64,000 nt of DNA from a virus. A program made the translations under genes and the position numbers. The notes under the pieces were generated by a model. The model was not told the DNA's origin. It ran no database searches and was given only the letters and a program-made list of their open reading frames with translations. The DNA is taken from IMG/VR virus record IMGVR_UViG_3300020404_000006. One strand, 5' to 3'. Shown piece after piece: positions 18,203 to 28,150 of this stretch (within the stretch, counting starts at the first letter, position 1; each line of letters opens with the position of its first letter).

Positions 18203-18682
18203 ATGACTTACCATACTATGTATATGGCTTATAAGGGAAAATTTAAACCAAAACATACTAAAAAGTATAAAGGTGATCCCACTCAGATCATTTATCGCTC
18301 TCTATGGGAGAGAAAATTCATGGAATACTGTGATCTGACAGAGAACATAAGTCAATGGCAATCAGAGGAATTCTGGATACCATACAAGAATCCCTTAGAT
18401 AGAAAAATGCACAGATACTTTCCCGACTTCTTCATCAAATACACCGACTCAAATGGAAAGAAACGATCTGTTGTGATAGAAGTGAAACCCAAAAAACAAT
18501 GTAAGGCTCCTCCAAAGAATCCAAAAAGGAGAACTAAGGCATGGGCACATGATGTTCAAACATGGGTTATCAATGAAGCAAAGTGGAAAGCAGCAGAACA
18601 ATACTGTGCTGATAGAAAGTATGAATTCAAGATCATGACCGAAGACGATTTAGGTATATCTCATGATCGCAGAAGATATTAG
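18203..18682 (+). CDS. gp4: Head completion protein gp4 (start possibly 18224)
   Basis: MAYKGKFKP...KYKGDPTQIIYRSLWERKFM...YFPDF...EVKP. Confidence 0.92.
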   Translation: MTYHTMYMAYKGKFKPKHTKKYKGDPTQIIYRSLWERKFMEYCDLTENISQWQSEEFWIPYKNPLDRKMHRYFPDFFIKYTDSNGKKRSVVIEVKPKKQCKAPPKNPKRRTKAWAHDVQTWVINEAKWKAAEQYCADRKYEFKIMTEDDLGISHDRRRY

Positions 18683-19157
18683 ACAACAAGCTGGTAAGAA
18701 AAATAAAAGTGGGGCATGGTATGTAAGTGCTCTCTCACAAGCATTGTCTAGTGTCCAGAATCCAGATATTAGTGCCAGTGACACTAGTGGTGTGACAGAA
18801 GGAGACCTATTTTTCTTTTCATACAGCCCATCTTTTCCTGAGAGATATGAATTCTGGGATACCCAACCCCTTGCAGTAGCACTAAAATTCTATAGAGATG
18901 GGTTTCTAGGATGTAATTTACACTATGTAAATCCATCTTATCGTGATGCAGTTGCAATGAGCTTACTAAATAGTGGAGGCGGAGCTGCGGTTCCTAAAAA
19001 TACACTGCACAAATACCTGTACTCTGGTGTGGGTAGTTTATTAAAAGTTCCTAAAAATGAGGATTGGGGAGAAATTTCTAAACTTCCTACAGAACAATTC
19101 ATAGGCAGGAACGGTATGAAGTATCCAAAACACCGAGCATTTAACTGGAAAAAATGA
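18663..19157 (+). CDS. gp2: DNA end protector protein gp2
   Basis: YWD/FWDTQPL...GFLGCNLHY...LHKYL motifs, adjacent to gp4. Confidence 0.75.
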   Translation: MIAEDIRQQAGKKNKSGAWYVSALSQALSSVQNPDISASDTSGVTEGDLFFFSYSPSFPERYEFWDTQPLAVALKFYRDGFLGCNLHYVNPSYRDAVAMSLLNSGGGAAVPKNTLHKYLYSGVGSLLKVPKNEDWGEISKLPTEQFIGRNGMKYPKHRAFNWKK

Positions 19158-20845
19158 CATCATCAGTAACATTCCAAAACGACGTTCAAGAGTACGGTAA
19201 CGAACTTAGGCTTAAGACAAATCTGGAACAAAACGTTATCAATGCCGAAGGTGGTAGAGATACTGTAAAATATAAAGCATTCATTAAAGAAGGCGAAGTA
19301 AAAATATGGCCTGTTGACGACATTGGTAAAATTATTGCTGGATCAGAACCAATATTTGAAAATGGAGAGTGGAAGCCTGGTTCTGTAACAAAAAAAAGTA
19401 ATGAAAATAAAGTAACTTTTACTGGAGTTGTTTTTGATAGCAAAGGAAATGTAGATACAACTAAATCAGTTTTACAACAACAATTAGCTGAGGAAGTAAG
19501 AAGTTATGCTAGTGTAACAAATGAAGAGGTTGCGCCATGGGCAGAAAACACAGATCTTACACCTCTACAAAAAGCAGAAAAAGATTTAGCAAGACTAAAA
19601 GAAGAAGGTTATATTAAAACAGGAAATACAGTAAGCGACTGGAGAGCGGGTCTAACATGGAATAGAGCAGTAAGACATGCTGAAAATCAAGTTGCAATAG
19701 AAGAAGCAAAAGTAGCAAACAATCAACAGCCAGGAGGAACAGATAATGATTCTAAAGGGCTTGTTGGTGTAACAGAAAGGATTAAATATGCTTTTGACAG
19801 GGACAATGAGATCATGTTCCTTAGACCTGTTGTATATCCACAAGATCTATCAATGAGTCAGGATCATATGGTCATTCAATGTTATACATATGAACCTCCA
19901 TATACTAGAGAGTTTACTAAAACAGATGAAAATTCTGAAGGTGGCGGTGGTGCTGCTTATGGTGCTCAAAGAGGATCACCACTTAGAAAAAAACTAGGTG
20001 CTCCAATCATGTTACCCATGCCTAATAACATGCAAGATTCAAACCCAAGAATTTGGGAAGAGAGTAACATGAATAATGCAGCACTAGATGCTATCAGAAA
20101 AGCTAATTCCAAAACGGTTGTTAAGACTTTTCTCCGAGGTACAGGTATCTTTCCAACTCTTGACGCAATAAACAATTTCTTCCAATTAACAACACAACAG
20201 GCTGGTAGAGCTGATATAATGGCAAACAAAATGAGTCAGTTGCTTGCAGATGGAGGATTTGATATTAGTTCAGATCAAATATTATCTAGAACTGGTGGTG
20301 TCATTGCAAACTCCAACACTGAACTTCTATTTGCTGGTGTTGGTTTAAGAAATTTTCAATTCCAATGGTTATTAACTCCAAGAGATGAAAATGAAGCACA
20401 TATATGCAGAATGATGATTCGTGCTTTTAAAGAATGGTCTGCTCCTAGAAAACTGGTAAAACTAACTGGTGATGGACAGACTGGTGGAACTGGTGCTGCT
20501 GGAGGACCTAGTTACTTCCTAGGCACACCAAACGTGTTTAGGTTGAGATATCTTACTGATGGAAACAAACCTATCATGGGTGCAAATATGTTCAAAACAT
20601 GTGCTTTGACTAGCGTAGATGTTAGTTATACTCCAGAAGGTCAATGGATGGCATATGCACATGGTCAACCCACATCATATAGTCTGACACTCCAGTTTAA
20701 CGAATTAGAACCTATATACAACACAGATTATCAACGAGACTCTGCTAACGATAGAATGTTTAGTGATAAAAATATTATGGGAGATTTGATGCCAATCTAT
20801 ATCATTAATCAGGATGATCCAAAGACTTCAATGATAGGATACTAA
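19154..20845 (+). CDS. gp48: Baseplate tail tube cap gp48
   Basis: NSNTELLFAG...RNFQFQW...PNVFRLRY...FKTCALTSVDVSYTP...LQFNELEPI. Confidence 0.85.
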   Translation: MTSSVTFQNDVQEYGNELRLKTNLEQNVINAEGGRDTVKYKAFIKEGEVKIWPVDDIGKIIAGSEPIFENGEWKPGSVTKKSNENKVTFTGVVFDSKGNVDTTKSVLQQQLAEEVRSYASVTNEEVAPWAENTDLTPLQKAEKDLARLKEEGYIKTGNTVSDWRAGLTWNRAVRHAENQVAIEEAKVANNQQPGGTDNDSKGLVGVTERIKYAFDRDNEIMFLRPVVYPQDLSMSQDHMVIQCYTYEPPYTREFTKTDENSEGGGGAAYGAQRGSPLRKKLGAPIMLPMPNNMQDSNPRIWEESNMNNAALDAIRKANSKTVVKTFLRGTGIFPTLDAINNFFQLTTQQAGRADIMANKMSQLLADGGFDISSDQILSRTGGVIANSNTELLFAGVGLRNFQFQWLLTPRDENEAHICRMMIRAFKEWSAPRKLVKLTGDGQTGGTGAAGGPSYFLGTPNVFRLRYLTDGNKPIMGANMFKTCALTSVDVSYTPEGQWMAYAHGQPTSYSLTLQFNELEPIYNTDYQRDSANDRMFSDKNIMGDLMPIYIINQDDPKTSMIGY

Positions 20846-20846
20846 C

Positions 20847-21608
20847 ATGAAAGGTTATTTTTCATATTTACCAAATATAGATTACGTCTCTAGATCTCCA
20901 GACAGAAGTTCTAATGATGAGTATATTCCAGTAAAAAATATTTTCAGAAGAGCAAAACTTCGTGAGGATCTTGATCAAGTAGCCACATCCTTTGAAGATT
21001 TCTTTATTCATGGCAATCTAAGACCAGATCAATTAGCATACACTCTATATGGAGATCCTAGATTTGATTGGGTTATATTAGTAGCGAACAATATAACAAA
21101 GGTTAGAGATCAGTGGCCACTAAACGATAATGATTTCAGAAAATACTGTTTAGAGAAATATGGTAGTGATGAGGGATTAGAAAAGATACATCACTATGAA
21201 ACTTTGGAAGATGTAGATTGGGCTGGAAGAATAGTTGTTCCAGAAGCATTAAGAGTAGATTCTAACTTTGATCTTAAATATTTGAAGTATAGACCAGAAG
21301 AGCAAAGAATTGTCTCATACAGTAGAGTCACTCAGTTAAATGAGTTATCAACTATAGATTCAGCTGGAACTGCAAGAGATGCCAATGGTGATGTGATTCA
21401 AAATCCCAACGTAACTCCTGTAACGAACTATCAGTTTGAAGTATCTATGAATGATGCTAAGAGAAGAATCAGAGTTATCAGACCACTTTACCTAAGCACT
21501 GTGATACAAGATTTAACCAGAATAGGCAAATATAAGAAATCATCTCAATTCAAGAGTAAAAGACTTAAGAGAGCATACAATCCCAGAATTGCTAGTAGTC
21601 TTACTTGA
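20847..21608 (+). CDS. gp53: Baseplate wedge subunit gp53
   Basis: YFSYLPN...KNIFRR...RPDQLAY.LYGD...WVIL..NNI...WPL...IHHYET. Confidence 0.9.
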   Translation: MKGYFSYLPNIDYVSRSPDRSSNDEYIPVKNIFRRAKLREDLDQVATSFEDFFIHGNLRPDQLAYTLYGDPRFDWVILVANNITKVRDQWPLNDNDFRKYCLEKYGSDEGLEKIHHYETLEDVDWAGRIVVPEALRVDSNFDLKYLKYRPEEQRIVSYSRVTQLNELSTIDSAGTARDANGDVIQNPNVTPVTNYQFEVSMNDAKRRIRVIRPLYLSTVIQDLTRIGKYKKSSQFKSKRLKRAYNPRIASSLT

Positions 21609-21612
21609 TAAT

Positions 21613-21642
21613 AAAAAAAAGGGGTCTTGCGACCCCTTTCTT
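21613..21642. terminator. Bidirectional rho-independent terminator between convergent gp53 and gp32
   Basis: A8-GGGGTC-TTGC-GACCCC-TTTCTT. Confidence 0.85.
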
Positions 21643-21647
21643 ATTGT

Positions 21648-22562
21648 TTACTCTTCAGCGAGTTTTTGGAAGTAACTCAGTGCGTCGTCCTCTTCCTCTG
21701 TATCCGTATCAGCAGATGCAGCAGTGGCACTTGCACGGAGGTTAGATAGTTCCTCCTCAACTGATCCACGATCAGCATCTTCGTTGGATACTTCAACATC
21801 CTCTCTTGTAGGTGTTACAACAGCCTTCCTTGAAAGAACTGTGTCTAAACGTGCCTTGAGTTGTTCATATGTTTTGAACTGGTCTGCAGCAGTGAACTCA
21901 CTAAGATCATAGATCTTGTTATAGATCTCCTCTAGTTTGTCATCATCGTCCAAGAGTGCTTCTGATCTTGCAAACTCTGAACTATCATAGTTCCAGAATC
22001 CAGCAACCTGTTTGATCTTCAACTTGAAGTTAGCACCCTTCCAAAAATCAAATGGATTGATTGCTTCTTCATCATCGAACTCAGGTTGCATTGCAGCAGT
22101 GATCTTATCAAAGATCTTCTTACCAAACTTGTAAAGTTTTACTTGTCCTTCGTTCTCAGGATTACTAGAATCTTTTACAACATAAACATTTGCATAGTAA
22201 GAAAGCTTACGCTTTTGCTTACGAGCAATGTCTTTGTCAGATTCACGACCACTGTTCCAGAGACTGCGATTCAGTTCTCCAACAGGATCATCCTTGCCAA
22301 TAGTAGTTAAACTGTTCTCAATATACCAACCGCCTGGTCCTTGAAAAGCGTGACTCCAAACTTGAGTCCATGGCAGTTCACAATTAGCATGTGCAGGGAG
22401 GAATCGAACAACTGCGTATCCGTTACCCGCTTTATCTACAGCTGGTTTCCAAAGACGTTCATCAGTATTGTTACCTTTCTCGTTGAGTTTCTCAACTTTT
22501 TTCATCAATCTCTCTGTAAGAGAGCCTGCTTTAGATTGTTTCTTTAGTGCAGCAAATGACAT
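21648..22562 (-). CDS. gp32: Single-stranded DNA-binding protein gp32
   Basis: DERLWKP..DKAGNGYAVVRFLP...HAFQGPGGWYIENSLTT; acidic C-terminal tail. Confidence 0.97.
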   Translation of the reverse strand: MSFAALKKQSKAGSLTERLMKKVEKLNEKGNNTDERLWKPAVDKAGNGYAVVRFLPAHANCELPWTQVWSHAFQGPGGWYIENSLTTIGKDDPVGELNRSLWNSGRESDKDIARKQKRKLSYYANVYVVKDSSNPENEGQVKLYKFGKKIFDKITAAMQPEFDDEEAINPFDFWKGANFKLKIKQVAGFWNYDSSEFARSEALLDDDDKLEEIYNKIYDLSEFTAADQFKTYEQLKARLDTVLSRKAVVTPTREDVEVSNEDADRGSVEEELSNLRASATAASADTDTEEEDDALSYFQKLAEE

Positions 22563-22601
22563 TTAGTATTCTCCGTATTTTTGTATTGTAGGATTGTTTG
22601 T

Positions 22602-22629
22602 ATTATAACAGATAATTGTGTTTTGTCAA
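22602..22629 (-). promoter_or_regulatory. sigma70-type promoter of gp32
   Basis: TTGACA-16 nt-TATAAT followed by an A-rich unstructured leader. Confidence 0.75.
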
Positions 22630-22970
22630 TCTGGAATATTTTCTTCCAGTTTGTCTAAGGTTTCAGTCAGAGTGTCAAAAAATTCTGCAATATTTTGACC
22701 TGGCTGGAGTCCCAGAAACTTGGCAGACTCTAAGATCTGCTCTCTCATCTCAATAGCATCAGGATCGTCCTTCTCTAATTGCAGTCTGAACATAAAGTTC
22801 CTCTGCTTTTCGAGTAGTGTCCTCATCTTTTGAATATGCAAAAGACCACCATCTACGGTAGGATTCCTCATACCGTTGATTGCCAGTCCTGACATGATAT
22901 CTTCTTGTAACTCCTGTATCTCTGCCATGGCAGCTCTTACTGGAGCGGATCTAAAAAATTCACCCATCAA
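22626..22970 (-). CDS. DUF1825-like conserved cyanophage protein
   Basis: FFRSAPVR...IQELQE...LLEKQRNFMFRLQL..DDPDA.EM. Confidence 0.7.
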   Translation of the reverse strand: MMGEFFRSAPVRAAMAEIQELQEDIMSGLAINGMRNPTVDGGLLHIQKMRTLLEKQRNFMFRLQLEKDDPDAIEMREQILESAKFLGLQPGQNIAEFFDTLTETLDKLEENIPD

Positions 22971-22992
22971 TCGAATCTGATACTAGTACTAT

Positions 22993-23277
22993 TTATGTTT
23001 TTTCTGATAACCATTTAGGTATGTAAACTAGGGATAATACTCCACCCCACCATACGGCAAGTGAGAGTATATCTACGTTTCTATGTGGTCCCAATGATAT
23101 ACCTATGATCACTAGAGACAGCCACACCCAGTCAAGTGCTGAGTGAAATTTCTTAAAACCGTCTCCAAATTTACTTATTAATTCTTCTCTACGCTTTGCA
23201 AACCAAGGCGATACATGCCTCATGATTACAAAACCTTCGTTGAGAACCATTACAGTAAATCCTATCCAGAATATCAC
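22993..23277 (-). CDS. Hypothetical membrane protein
   Basis: Three hydrophobic segments. Confidence 0.65.
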   Translation of the reverse strand: MIFWIGFTVMVLNEGFVIMRHVSPWFAKRREELISKFGDGFKKFHSALDWVWLSLVIIGISLGPHRNVDILSLAVWWGGVLSLVYIPKWLSEKT

Positions 23278-23528
23278 AGCGGTAACTTAGATTTAGAAGT
23301 ACGTTTTAAGTAATTCAATTCAGTTGCTTCCGCTTTTAATTTATCCTTGAGAGGTTTTGCGATCAATTTCCCAACTGACTCAAACTCAATATTATTTTCT
23401 TCGCAATAACTAATGATTGCTTCAATATAATTGAGCTCAGTGTCAAGTACCAGTTGTTCAACATCAGTAGTGAACTTGTTCTGGTCGAGAAATTTCGCTT
23501 TTAGTAAGTCGTTAACTTCTTTCTCCAT
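23274..23528 (-). CDS. gp33: Late transcription coactivator gp33
   Basis: NYIEAIISYCEENNIEFESVGKLIAKPLKDKLKAEATELNYL; start trimmed to MEKEVND. Confidence 0.9.
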   Translation of the reverse strand: MEKEVNDLLKAKFLDQNKFTTDVEQLVLDTELNYIEAIISYCEENNIEFESVGKLIAKPLKDKLKAEATELNYLKRTSKSKLPL

Positions 23529-24201
23529 ACTCCCCGAGCTTGTGGGTGACGAATTCTTTAATATACTTGGTAAGAAGCTTAATATAGTCACGTTTGTTGG
23601 TTTTTTCATAAACTTTCACATCTCCATTATCAGCAACCATTAAGGTCACAATCTTCTCCACCGCAATACCTGTCATCTCAAAGTACATACAGGCATATGC
23701 AGTTTCTTGAACGAAATAGTTTTCTAACCACTTCTCTGGTTTAATCTTTTTAGATGTCTTGAAATCTATTACCGCTAACTCTCCGTTATATTCGGCAATG
23801 CAATCAACACGTCCAGCAATACCGAAGTACTCACTATATAGGGGTTTTTCCAAACAGTGAATATTATTGATATTGTTTAAGGAGTCCCTTGCTGCAATCC
23901 ACCTTGATTTTGTGGAAGGCAGAATGTCCTTCATAGAATTAATATCTTCATTTAAGAGATACTTTTCAACCAGATCATGAAACTTGGTTCCCCTGTCGGT
24001 GGCAACCTTTGTGATCTTATTGGCTTCTTCCTCACCAATCTTATTACGCCATTTGATAAACGTTTGGCGATTATAAAAACTGGTTATGGAAGTAATAGAT
24101 GGAGCTTTCTTTCCACTTGGAAGAGTGTAATATCTAACTCCATCTATAGTATTGGCTTCTAACTCAAAATCACCAAGTTTATTCAAATGAGTAAACGTCA
24201 T
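23512..24201 (-). CDS. PD-(D/E)xK exonuclease
   Basis: GIAGRVDCIAEY...VIDFKTS...Q..AYA; core position after phoH. Confidence 0.88.
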   Translation of the reverse strand: MTFTHLNKLGDFELEANTIDGVRYYTLPSGKKAPSITSITSFYNRQTFIKWRNKIGEEEANKITKVATDRGTKFHDLVEKYLLNEDINSMKDILPSTKSRWIAARDSLNNINNIHCLEKPLYSEYFGIAGRVDCIAEYNGELAVIDFKTSKKIKPEKWLENYFVQETAYACMYFEMTGIAVEKIVTLMVADNGDVKVYEKTNKRDYIKLLTKYIKEFVTHKLGEYGERS

Positions 24202-24974
24202 AAAGAAAGAGCGAGTTTAGTAACCAAGTAGTTTCTTACTAGACCAGAGCGAACAATATCATCTAAACCAAATTCAACCGTACCGAAATCATCTTCCATG
24301 ATCTCAATGATACGTTTAAAATCTAAGATGCCATTCTTCTCATTGGATTTTGTAAGATCCGTTTGAGTAGAGTCACCACAAAACATTATTTTACAGTTAT
24401 CTCCTACTCTTGTTATTATACTATCTAATTCATGAAAATTCAAGTTTTGCATCTCATCTACTAACACAATGCAATTATCAAGTGTTGTACCCCTGATAAA
24501 TGATGTGCTCCAGAATGAAATAGTCTCTTGTGCTTTCAAATTACCGTATAACATTTCAAAGTCATTGTCTGAGGGCATCTCAAACATATACTTTACCATA
24601 TTCTTATATGGAATCTGATAGAGTGATGACTTATCTTCATGGTCGCCTGGCAAGAAACCAATCTCTCTTGTGGAGACCAATGACCTAACAATATACACCT
24701 TATCATATGGTGTCATTTCGTCAAGTACATCTTTTAGTGCAAGATACAAACTAATGAATGTCTTACCAGTACCAGCACAACCATATGCAAAGATATTCTT
24801 ACCTTTAGCATATTCCTCAAAAAGAATCTTCTGATTATCTGTGATAGGTTCTACGTCAACCAACATAGCGTTGTTGATTGGTCTCTTCCTACGTCTTTGT
24901 TTAGCAGTCATTCCAGCTCCAACGTTACTATCACGATGTTGACTATTAGTGTTCCTTCTTTTTTTAGTTGACAT
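24198..24974 (-). CDS. phoH: PhoH-like ATPase
   Basis: GCAGTGKT Walker A, IGFLPG, RGTTL, DEMQN, GD..QTD, DIVRSGLV. Confidence 0.96.
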   Translation of the reverse strand: MSTKKRRNTNSQHRDSNVGAGMTAKQRRRKRPINNAMLVDVEPITDNQKILFEEYAKGKNIFAYGCAGTGKTFISLYLALKDVLDEMTPYDKVYIVRSLVSTREIGFLPGDHEDKSSLYQIPYKNMVKYMFEMPSDNDFEMLYGNLKAQETISFWSTSFIRGTTLDNCIVLVDEMQNLNFHELDSIITRVGDNCKIMFCGDSTQTDLTKSNEKNGILDFKRIIEIMEDDFGTVEFGLDDIVRSGLVRNYLVTKLALSL

Positions 24975-25233
24975 TAATACCTCTGTTAGCTAAACGACCT
25001 TTTACCCCAGCAGTTTTCTCAGATTTTTTGAGAATCTCACTCCAGCCTGGATGTTTGTTGTTGAGTTTATCTCTCCACTCTCCAACCTCTCCTACGCCTG
25101 GCATTGTGGATGGATCTGAGTAATCCCTTGTCCAATCGGGATTATCCTCTCTCCATTTGTCCCACTTCATAATACTCATTACAACCTCTTTCTGTTCACC
25201 AGTTTTTGTGTTGACTACAGGGTATGTTGCCAT
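24964..25233 (-). CDS. Conserved cyanophage hypothetical protein
   Basis: MATYPVVNTKTGEQKEV...DNPDW; between thyX and phoH. Confidence 0.7.
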   Translation of the reverse strand: MATYPVVNTKTGEQKEVVMSIMKWDKWREDNPDWTRDYSDPSTMPGVGEVGEWRDKLNNKHPGWSEILKKSEKTAGVKGRLANRGINVN

Positions 25234-25922
25234 TAAGTTTGTTCTCCGTGAAGTTCTTTTTTGATTTGTTTTTGAATTTCAACCACACCATTTCTCCATT
25301 CTAATGCCTCAGAAACGATTGGAAACTCTTCTATAAAGACAGTTTTACATGCCTGTGCAATGTCCATGTGTTCCTTTTGAGTTCCATGAGCGGATCTCAG
25401 TTCAATATAATGAATCCATGATCTGCAAGAACCTGTCATGTAGATTCTTGTCGGTGTGCAAAGTGGTAAGACCATTCTGGCACATTCTTTTGCAACTCCT
25501 TCCACTAACATCTGTTGATATAAGGCGGTTGCAGAGTCAAACAAAGTTTTCATTTGTAGTTCCAACTTCTGTCTGACAAACTCGTCAAGATCGTCTGTTG
25601 AGTTTTGACGATTCTTTAAATCTTGTTTCCTAAGTTTAGGAATAGGGATTACTCCCAACTGTGTACTATCAGCATATCGTTGGGAAAACTCTTGAAATGT
25701 AAATGATCTATGCCTCAGTATTTGAGCCGCTATAGCCCTTGTTGTCTCTATCTCTAGAGTCATGCTAGACTGTTCAAATACAGACCAATGTTGATGATTG
25801 ATACAATACTTGAGAAGTCCAGCAAACTTCTCATTATCTTGGTTGGATGGATTTGAAACTCTGGCGATATGTGCCATTGTTTTTTCTGCATCTGGTGTGA
25901 TACTTACCAGTTTTACGGTCAT
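25233..25922 (-). CDS. thyX: Flavin-dependent thymidylate synthase
   Basis: HWSVFEQ, RHRSFTFQEFSQRY ThyX motif. Confidence 0.96.
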   Translation of the reverse strand: MTVKLVSITPDAEKTMAHIARVSNPSNQDNEKFAGLLKYCINHQHWSVFEQSSMTLEIETTRAIAAQILRHRSFTFQEFSQRYADSTQLGVIPIPKLRKQDLKNRQNSTDDLDEFVRQKLELQMKTLFDSATALYQQMLVEGVAKECARMVLPLCTPTRIYMTGSCRSWIHYIELRSAHGTQKEHMDIAQACKTVFIEEFPIVSEALEWRNGVVEIQKQIKKELHGEQT

Positions 25923-26068
25923 AATTCCTCTATTTGGTCTCCATACGTCACTTTTTGTTTTTCATGATCAGAGGAATATTGAGATAAATCTGAATAAACC
26001 TCAGACTCAAGTGCCTCTACGAGTAACTTTAAGTTTTTTACAATGAGTTTTAGTTTTGCTTTTTCCAT
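25919..26068 (-). CDS. Small conserved hypothetical protein (49 aa, MEKAKLKLIVKNLKLLVEALESEVYSD...)
   Basis: Hand-translated; TGA overlaps thyX ATG. Confidence 0.7.
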   Translation of the reverse strand: MEKAKLKLIVKNLKLLVEALESEVYSDLSQYSSDHEKQKVTYGDQIEEL

Positions 26069-26069
26069 G

Positions 26070-26552
26070 TTAGATGAAGTAATTAAGGTTAATTACGCAC
26101 CTACGAAGGGTATCAGTCGGGGAGCATCCAGCATGTAAAGTATTTGAGTTAAATACTACCATCCTGTTTGCTATACTGTCAACCTTTGTACCATCTTCAA
26201 ATCGTGTGTAACCATCATTAGTATTTACATAATATATGGAAGTGATACAATCGTCAACATCTGTGTGAAGATCATATTCTTGCCTTTCGGGTGTTCTCAT
26301 ATTTAGATTAGCCTTGATCCTGACGATTGAAACAGGTTCCAACTCGTTTAGGATAGGCATAAGGTTGTAGAAGAAAGCACTTCTAGGTTCAAACTGTGCA
26401 TAAAACACATGACAAAATTGAAAATATCCATCATCAGGTGTATTAACACCGTTACCAAATTGCCATTGAAACGAAGAATCCTCCATCATCGTTTTGCGGA
26501 GGGCTTCGTAATCATCTGGTTTTAGGAAATCATCAATTACCTTCAATTTCAT
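26070..26552 (-). CDS. 2OG-Fe(II) oxygenase-like protein
   Basis: VIDDFL, LHTD, YYVNTNDGYT.F, NRMVVFNS..LHAG, RCVINLNY. Confidence 0.8.
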   Translation of the reverse strand: MKLKVIDDFLKPDDYEALRKTMMEDSSFQWQFGNGVNTPDDGYFQFCHVFYAQFEPRSAFFYNLMPILNELEPVSIVRIKANLNMRTPERQEYDLHTDVDDCITSIYYVNTNDGYTRFEDGTKVDSIANRMVVFNSNTLHAGCSPTDTLRRCVINLNYFI

Positions 26553-26778
26553 TCGCTTCTTTCTCTAATTGAGATACGACCTTTTCAGTGCCGTCCAAGA
26601 GTTTAACTTGAAATAGATTAGACTTCATATACTTTTTGATCTTTTTATATTTTTTCAACACTTTATTGAACTCTTCTTTATTGAGTTCTACCTTTCCTTG
26701 TTTAGCATCACCAGTATATTTGCTACCAGCAACGTTTCTACCATCTCCCATAGGAGAAGATCCACTAAATTCACCCAT
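26533..26778 (-). CDS. Hypothetical protein
   Basis: ORF track, operon packing. Confidence 0.6.
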   Translation of the reverse strand: MGEFSGSSPMGDGRNVAGSKYTGDAKQGKVELNKEEFNKVLKKYKKIKKYMKSNLFQVKLLDGTEKVVSQLEKEANEIEGN

Positions 26779-26928
26779 TTACAATATCTCCCTCAAAGTT
26801 CATCATAGCCAACAAAGTATCATATGGAATCCATGCAGGGTCTTCATTCTCGAACTGCACTTCTACTTCCTTGATATTTTTCTGTAAGAATCTGCTATAT
26901 GAGGTTCTTACATTTTTCACAACACTCA
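26779..26928 (-). CDS. Small hypothetical protein (49 aa, MSVVKNVRTSYSRFLQKNIKEVEVQFENEDPAWIPY...)
   Basis: Hand-translated; fills gap exactly. Confidence 0.65.
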
Positions 26929-26937
26929 TAGGATTAA

Positions 26938-27237
26938 TCATTTACGTTTTTGTGGTTTTTTAGCTGGTGTTTTTTTCTTATCTGGATTGAGCATATCCTC
27001 ATTCCAGAGTTTAGGATTGATACTGCCTCTAGATTGAACCCATCCCTGTAGTCCTGTTTTATACTTATCGTAATAGTAATCAAACATTTCCACTTGTTTT
27101 TGACATAAAGTTACGTCATAACACACTTTGTCGTCCTTTACATAAGTTACAAGATATGCCGTGTAAGGCAACTTTGGATTTTCTGCTAGTTTTGGATCGC
27201 AATTTTCGTGTAGGATTTTCAACTTCGGTTCCCCCAA
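26938..27237 (-). CDS. Conserved cyanophage hypothetical protein
   Basis: LHENCDP...LPYTAYLVTY...FDYYYDKY...G.INPKLW. Confidence 0.7.
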   Translation of the reverse strand: MGEPKLKILHENCDPKLAENPKLPYTAYLVTYVKDDKVCYDVTLCQKQVEMFDYYYDKYKTGLQGWVQSRGSINPKLWNEDMLNPDKKKTPAKKPQKRK

Positions 27238-27803
27238 GTAATTTCTGGATAGGCTTCTGACACTAACTCCTTAGTGATGTTATATTTGGTGTTGAGAGCT
27301 TTATCTTTCACAAGAACAAGGATTTCTGCCTCTGGTTGAGGTAGAGTCTGGAGAATATTAATAAAAATAGACTCTCTCTTGATCTTGTTAAGTTGGTCGT
27401 CTCCACCCTTCACAAAACGGTAGAACTGTCTTGCAGCATTACGAATAGTTGTTCTCTGAGGAACACCCTGTTCTTTAGATGCCTGCACATCACCCTCTAC
27501 AGGTTGATATGGGACGTTTCCATCTGGAAGTACGGAAATGACTGATTCATCAAAGTTCCAAATCATAACCATTTTGAAAGAGTCATCACCATGAGTGCGA
27601 AGAATCTCTAACTTTTTAGCCTTTACTCTTTCAGAATCGACTGCTTCTAAGAGTTCATGAACCATAGGATTTGGTGGCAGTTCTTTCTTTTTGACTGTCA
27701 CAGTCCTTGGTTTTGTTGCAGTTTTGCGAGTGGAAGTGGTTTTCTTCCTAGTTGACGCTGATCTAGTCCTCGTCGTCTTCTTCGCTGTCGTCATTGTTTT
27801 CAA
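27219..27803 (-). CDS. Conserved T4-like phage hypothetical protein
   Basis: IWNFDESVISVLP.G.VPY...FVKGG...KRESIFINILQTLP..EAEIL. Confidence 0.75.
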   Translation of the reverse strand: MKTMTTAKKTTRTRSASTRKKTTSTRKTATKPRTVTVKKKELPPNPMVHELLEAVDSERVKAKKLEILRTHGDDSFKMVMIWNFDESVISVLPDGNVPYQPVEGDVQASKEQGVPQRTTIRNAARQFYRFVKGGDDQLNKIKRESIFINILQTLPQPEAEILVLVKDKALNTKYNITKELVSEAYPEITWGNRS

Positions 27804-27993
27804 ACCTCACGGCTACTATTTCATCAGGAATAAGATTCCCATTTTCATCATACATCTCAGGATGCGTGTACGCCACTTGATTTTGTAAGTGAACGTAATT
27901 GTTTTGTTGGGCTAACCAGCCAATTATACCACCTATCAGCAGAAACGTAAAGCAAAGTATACTAAACATGACAAGAAGTACAGTGGTTTCCAT
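27763..27993 (-). CDS. Membrane-anchored hypothetical protein with acidic tail
   Basis: N-terminal TM helix, HPEMYDENGNL motif. Confidence 0.7.
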   Translation of the reverse strand: METTVLLVMFSILCFTFLLIGGIIGWLAQQNNYVHLQNQVAYTHPEMYDENGNLIPDEIVAVRFENNDDSEEDDED

Positions 27994-28002
27994 TTTGACC
28001 TC

Positions 28003-28149
28003 CTAAGGCTGTTTCTTTTTTATGTCCAACGATAATCTGAACTCTCTATTAAATAGACTCAGTTTAATGTCGAAGAACTTTGGTTTGTTTTGGGGTTTAG
28101 GTTGTCTCTCTCCTCGGAGTATAAGTTCTACGCCCTTATTTATGTCCAT
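28003..28149 (-). CDS. Small hypothetical protein (48 aa, MDINKGVELILRG...)
   Basis: Hand-translated; fills gap. Confidence 0.6.
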   Translation of the reverse strand: MDINKGVELILRGERQPKPQNKPKFFDIKLSLFNREFRLSLDIKKKQP

Positions 28150-28150
28150 G

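Noticed and set aside
18203-18682. TnsA-like endonuclease suggesting a Tn7-type element
   Set aside because: This is gp4 head completion protein in its usual gp4-gp2-gp48-gp53 context.
23512-24201. Cas4-like nuclease suggesting CRISPR
   Set aside because: Standard T4-like core exonuclease next to phoH; no repeat-spacer array or other cas genes seen.
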